Source: Hyalangium minutum (lineage in GTDB: Bacteria; Myxococcota; Myxococcia; Myxococcales; Myxococcaceae). From it: a DNA stretch of 64,000 bases. Location: positions 1-64,000 of the forward strand of contig NZ_JMCB01000020.1 of the NCBI RefSeq assembly GCF_000737315.1, written 5' to 3'. This document shows, one piece after another, positions 60,543 to 64,000 of the stretch. The notes below the pieces were generated by a model. That model had not been told where the DNA came from. It worked only from the letters and a program-made list of their open reading frames with translations, and made no database searches. The number at the start of each line of letters is the position of its first letter. The stretch's first letter is position 1. The translations under genes and the position numbers were made by a program.

Positions 60543-60577
60543 GTCTCGGGACGGCGAAGAAGAGGGGGCGAGCGCCG

Positions 60578-61348
60578 CTATCTGCGCGGCTGGCCGGCGC
60601 GGCGGACCTGGACGAGCTCGGCAATGATGGAGACGGCGATCTCCTCGGGCGTCAGCGCGCCGATGGGCAGGCCCATGGGCGAGTGGATGCGATCGAGCGC
60701 CGCCTGCTCCGCGCCTCCCGCCTCGAGCCGCATGCGGAAGCGCTCGGCCTTGCGGCGGCTGCCAATGACGCCCAGGTAGGCCGAGGGCTTGTTCAGCAGT
60801 GCCTCCACCACGGCCTGATCCAGCGGGTGGTCGTGCGTGGTGACGCAGAAGTACTCCTGGGGGCCACCCGCCACTGCGCGCGCGTGGTCCGCGGGATCCT
60901 TCACGAGCACCTCACAGCCCGGGAAGCGCTCGGCGCTGGCCCACTCGGGGCGGGCGTCCACCACGGTGACGCGGAAGCCCACCTTGGAGGCCAGCGCGGC
61001 CAGCTCCTTGGCCACGTGCCCGGCGCCGAACACGGTGAGCCGCACCGGGGCTCCGTGCTTCTCCAGGAACACCTTCATCCGGCCGCCGCAGCACATCCCC
61101 AGCTCGTGGGTCAGGTGCGTCTCAATGATGCGTGTCTGCTCCGGGGCCTCGAGCAGCGCGAGCGCAGCCTGGATGATCTGGTGCTCGATGGCGCCGCCTC
61201 CCACCGTACCCCGCAGGGAGCCGTCCCCGAGCACGACCATCTTCGAGCCCGGCTTCTGCGGCGTGCTGCCGGCGCTCTCGATGACGGTGGCGAGGACGAA
61301 GGGGCGGCCTTCCGCGGCCAGGGCTCCGAGCTCGGCGTACAGGTCCAT
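60578..61348 (-). CDS. xdhC: Xanthine dehydrogenase accessory (Moco insertion) protein XdhC
   Basis: GSTPQKPGSKM, GTVGGGAIE, LGMCCGG, VFGAGHV, YLGVIGSRRK, IHSPMGLPIGALTPEEIAVSI. Confidence 0.92.
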   Translation of the reverse strand: MDLYAELGALAAEGRPFVLATVIESAGSTPQKPGSKMVVLGDGSLRGTVGGGAIEHQIIQAALALLEAPEQTRIIETHLTHELGMCCGGRMKVFLEKHGAPVRLTVFGAGHVAKELAALASKVGFRVTVVDARPEWASAERFPGCEVLVKDPADHARAVAGGPQEYFCVTTHDHPLDQAVVEALLNKPSAYLGVIGSRRKAERFRMRLEAGGAEQAALDRIHSPMGLPIGALTPEEIAVSIIAELVQVRRAGQPRR

Positions 61349-61372
61349 CAATCCCGCCCCCGGCGCGAGCGC

Positions 61373-62410
61373 CTATCCGAAGAAGACCTGCGCCACTTTG
61401 AAGAACTCCTCGGGCACGCGCTTGAGCTCCTTGGTGGCCACTGCCAGATCCTCGCTGATGATCTCGTTGCCGCGCAGGGCCGCCATCTTCCCGAACTCGC
61501 CGCGGGCCACCATGTCGCATGCGTGGACGCCGAAGCGCGTGGCCAGCACGCGGTCATGCGCCGTGGGCACGCCGCCGCGCTGGATGTGGCCCAGCACCGA
61601 CACGCGTGTCTCGAAGCCCGTGCGGCGCTCAATCTCGTGCGCGACGATGCTGCCCACGCCGCCCAGGCGCGGCCGGCCCGCCTCGTCCAGCGCGCCCGAG
61701 GTGATGAGCTGCTCGCTCTGGTTCTCGGCCACCTTCACCCGGGTGCCCTCGGCCACCACCACGATGGAGAACGAGCGCCCCGAGGCGTGCCGCCGCTGGA
61801 TGTGCTCAGCCACCGCGACCAGGTCCGCCGGGACTTCGGGCACGAGGATGACGTCCGCTCCGCCCGCGATGCCCGCGTAGGTGGCAATCCAGCCCACGTG
61901 GCGGCCCATCACCTCGCAGACGATGACGCGCTTGTGGGACTCGGCGGTGGAGTGCAGCCGGTCGATGGCGTCCGTGGCGATGGTGACGGCGGTGTCGAAG
62001 CCGAAGGTGAAGTCCGTGCCGTTCAAGTCATTGTCGATCGTCTTCGGCACGCCGACGATGCGCAGGCCCTCTTGGGACATGCGGGTGGCGGCGGACAGAG
62101 TGCCCTCGCCGCCAATGGCGATGACGGCGTGGATGCCATTGCGCTCCACCGCGCGCTTCACCTTCTCCAGGCCGCCTTCCACCTTGAAGGGGTTGACGCG
62201 CGAGGTGCCCAGGATGGTGCCACCCCGGTGGAGGATGCCGGAGGTGGTCTCTCGCGTGAGGCGGAAGTGGTTGTCCTCGAGCAGGCCCTTCCACCCATCT
62301 TTCAGGCCCATCATCTCGAAGCCGTGCTCGTTGGCACGGCGCACCACAGCTCGGATGACCGCATTGAGGCCGGGGCAATCGCCCCCGCCGGTAAGAACGG
62401 CGACTTTCAT
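61373..62410 (-). CDS. pfkA: 6-phosphofructokinase, group III, probably ATP-dependent
   Basis: LTGGGDCPGLN, GGTILGTSR, IGGEGT (Gly at the ATP/PPi switch position), PKTIDND, EVMGR, GHIQRGG. Confidence 0.95.
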   Translation of the reverse strand: MKVAVLTGGGDCPGLNAVIRAVVRRANEHGFEMMGLKDGWKGLLEDNHFRLTRETTSGILHRGGTILGTSRVNPFKVEGGLEKVKRAVERNGIHAVIAIGGEGTLSAATRMSQEGLRIVGVPKTIDNDLNGTDFTFGFDTAVTIATDAIDRLHSTAESHKRVIVCEVMGRHVGWIATYAGIAGGADVILVPEVPADLVAVAEHIQRRHASGRSFSIVVVAEGTRVKVAENQSEQLITSGALDEAGRPRLGGVGSIVAHEIERRTGFETRVSVLGHIQRGGVPTAHDRVLATRFGVHACDMVARGEFGKMAALRGNEIISEDLAVATKELKRVPEEFFKVAQVFFG

Positions 62411-62467
62411 ATAAGGGTGGTTTCTAGCGCGTGCGAGGGCGAAGCCAAGGAAGGAAATGCCTGGGAG

Positions 62468-62702
62468 ACCCCTGAGAACGTCGCACACCTGTGAAGTCAT
62501 TCATCCAGGCGGGCATCCGGGGAGTCTCAGGGGTGGGCGCCCACCGGCGAGGCGGACAGCCCCCAGGGGCGCTGGGCCTACAACGGTTGTGGGACAGCGC
62601 TCGGACCCAGGTGTGGTGCACTGCGTCATGAACCCAGGAAGTCACATTCTTCCATACCGGAAGGGTTCTTCCCCTGGGGGCCGCTTCTCGTCATAAGAGC
62701 GG
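62468..62702. ncRNA. Candidate structured RNA or regulatory leader in the pfkA-nagB intergenic region (strand and family unknown)
   Basis: Two perfect 10-bp long-range stems plus several nested hairpins; no Rfam family recognised by eye. Confidence 0.35.
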
Positions 62703-62747
62703 TGGAACCCTCTCCCACCCCCAGTCCGGGCCTACCCTGCGCATTCC

Positions 62748-63485
62748 GTGAACGTCCGCGTCTTTGCCTCCGAGCAGGAAGTTGCCGCCGCCTGTGCCGC
62801 TCATTTGGCGGGCGCGATTCGGGCTCGGCCCGAGCTGGTGCTCGGGCTGCCCACGGGGCGCTCGCCCATCAACGTGTACCGGGAGCTGGTGGCGGTCCAC
62901 CAACGAGGCGAGCTGGACCTGTCTCGGGCGACGACGTTCAACCTGGACGAGTTCCTGGGCTTGCCGCCGGACGACCCCACGAGCTTCCGGGCGTACATGG
63001 AGCGGCACCTGTTCCAACACGTGAACCTGGCGCCCGAGCGAATCCACTTCTTCGACGGCAGTGCGCCGGACGCGGAGGCGGAGTGCGCGCGCTACGACGC
63101 GGCGGTGAACGCGGCGGGAGGGTTCGACGTGGTGCTGCTGGGCATCGGGCCCAATGGGCACATTGCCTTCAACGAGCCGGGGGATTCACTTCGGGCCGCG
63201 AGCCACCGGGTGCTGTTGTCGCGCGAGACGCGGCAGACGCTGGCACCGCTGGTGGGGGATGACGCCACGCGGGTGCCGATGGCTGCGCTGACGTTGGGAG
63301 TGGCGCCGTTGCTCCAGGCGAAGGAAGTGCATCTGATTGCCTTCGGTGCGAACAAGGCGGCAGTGGTGACGGAGATGGTGCACGGGCCCATCACGCCCCG
63401 GTGTCCGGCGTCCTTCCTCCAGTTGCACAAGAACGTGCACCTGTGGCTGGACAAGGTGGCCGCCCGGGGCGTTCAGCACCGCTGA
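62748..63485 (+). CDS. nagB: Glucosamine-6-phosphate deaminase
   Basis: LGLPTGRSP, FNLDEF, LGIGPNGHIAFNEPG, PASFLQLH. Confidence 0.95.
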   Translation: MNVRVFASEQEVAAACAAHLAGAIRARPELVLGLPTGRSPINVYRELVAVHQRGELDLSRATTFNLDEFLGLPPDDPTSFRAYMERHLFQHVNLAPERIHFFDGSAPDAEAECARYDAAVNAAGGFDVVLLGIGPNGHIAFNEPGDSLRAASHRVLLSRETRQTLAPLVGDDATRVPMAALTLGVAPLLQAKEVHLIAFGANKAAVVTEMVHGPITPRCPASFLQLHKNVHLWLDKVAARGVQHR

Positions 63486-63511
63486 GCCACTCCCGTGACA
63501 GCCCGGGAGAC

Positions 63512-64000
63512 TCACCCTTCGTGCAGCGCCTCTTCCAGACGATCCGCAACCTCCAGCCAGGCGATGCGTTCGAGCCGTAGCACGTCTGGATCTCTCGCCA
63601 TTTGGAGCTGATGGGTGCTGGCGCGAGGATCGTTCTCGCCACTCAGGGTGAGCTGATACCAGAGCGACCACTCCTCAGGGTGCCGTGAGCCCCAGGACTC
63701 CGTGCCCTCCGCCATGATTGCGCCTGCGAGCGCATTCACCAGCTCCCTGGCGCATGGCTGCGCATCCCCGAGAAGCCGGCCGGCCTTCCAGAGTGCTTCC
63801 ACCGCGCTCGTGAAGTTGTTGGCTCCTGGGCCCGCGAAGTCATCCTCTGCCTCAGGCCATGACGTCTTCGCGTGCGAAGAATCTCCATCCGTTGCCTCGA
63901 TGAACTCGCGAGGCCAATGGACCTGGGGCTGGTGCTTCTCAAAGACAAAGAGTCGGCGCAGGAGATAGTCGCGGGACAGTCCGAGGGCGCGGCGGGGTGA
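63512..64000 (-). CDS. Hypothetical protein, 5'-partial (frame open to the window edge)
   Basis: Frame is stop-free from 64000: SPRRALGLSRDYLLRRLFVFEKHQPQVHWPREFIEA... Confidence 0.6.
   Translation of the reverse strand, partial: SPRRALGLSRDYLLRRLFVFEKHQPQVHWPREFIEATDGDSSHAKTSWPEAEDDFAGPGANNFTSAVEALWKAGRLLGDAQPCARELVNALAGAIMAEGTESWGSRHPEEWSLWYQLTLSGENDPRASTHQLQMARDPDVLRLERIAWLEVADRLEEALHEG

Noticed and set aside
62595-62630. AGCGCTCGGACC resembling the glmS ribozyme 5' motif upstream of nagB
   Set aside because: The essential ACGAGG and downstream P2.1/P3 core are absent; superficial CTGAGA/ACCTG (TPP) and GGTGGG..CCACC (ZTP) matches also lack their other conserved elements.
63512-64000. 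Immunity-protein (Imm5-like) call for the edge ORF
   Set aside because: The resemblance is limited to a short PRRAL word and the N-terminus is outside the window; left as hypothetical.

Overview
GC-rich bacterial DNA, almost certainly myxobacterial (inferred from DUF5953 and DUF4215/Cys-rich proteins, several eukaryote-like Ser/Thr kinases, PEGA/TPR proteins and PilY1 paralogues). About 45 genes or gene remnants are present. The left end is the 5' part of an IS5-family element inserted into a DUF5953 gene. It is followed by a signalling/accessory block (0.9-9.2 kb) holding two histidine kinases, a FixJ-like regulator, a catalytically degenerate Lgt, thioredoxin and a secreted lipase. This block carries four copies of an unexplained AT-rich motif (core TGTTGAATTGAC), including a perfect 20-bp inverted repeat. 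The middle holds a pilY1-RCC1(21 repeats)-pilY1 locus with no minor pilins, and a planctomycete-type operon (OM beta-barrel, DUF1549/DUF1553 lipoprotein, Tat DUF1501, diheme cytochrome c lipoprotein). It also holds a tight kinase-nSTAND1 / TPR-PEGA / Cys-rich repeat lipoprotein operon. The right part has rnr, an M43 protease, an atypical metallophosphoesterase, an internally deleted nrfA pseudogene, a Tat-lipoprotein pirin, a PAS kinase, xdhC, pfkA and nagB, with a highly structured candidate ncRNA between pfkA and nagB. Remnants not shown in the ORF track were found (kinase tail 8223-8430, nSTAND1 fragment 51579-51758), as well as a 51-aa secreted peptide ORF. No tRNA, rRNA or CRISPR array was recognised. 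All family calls come from motif recognition by eye, not database searches.
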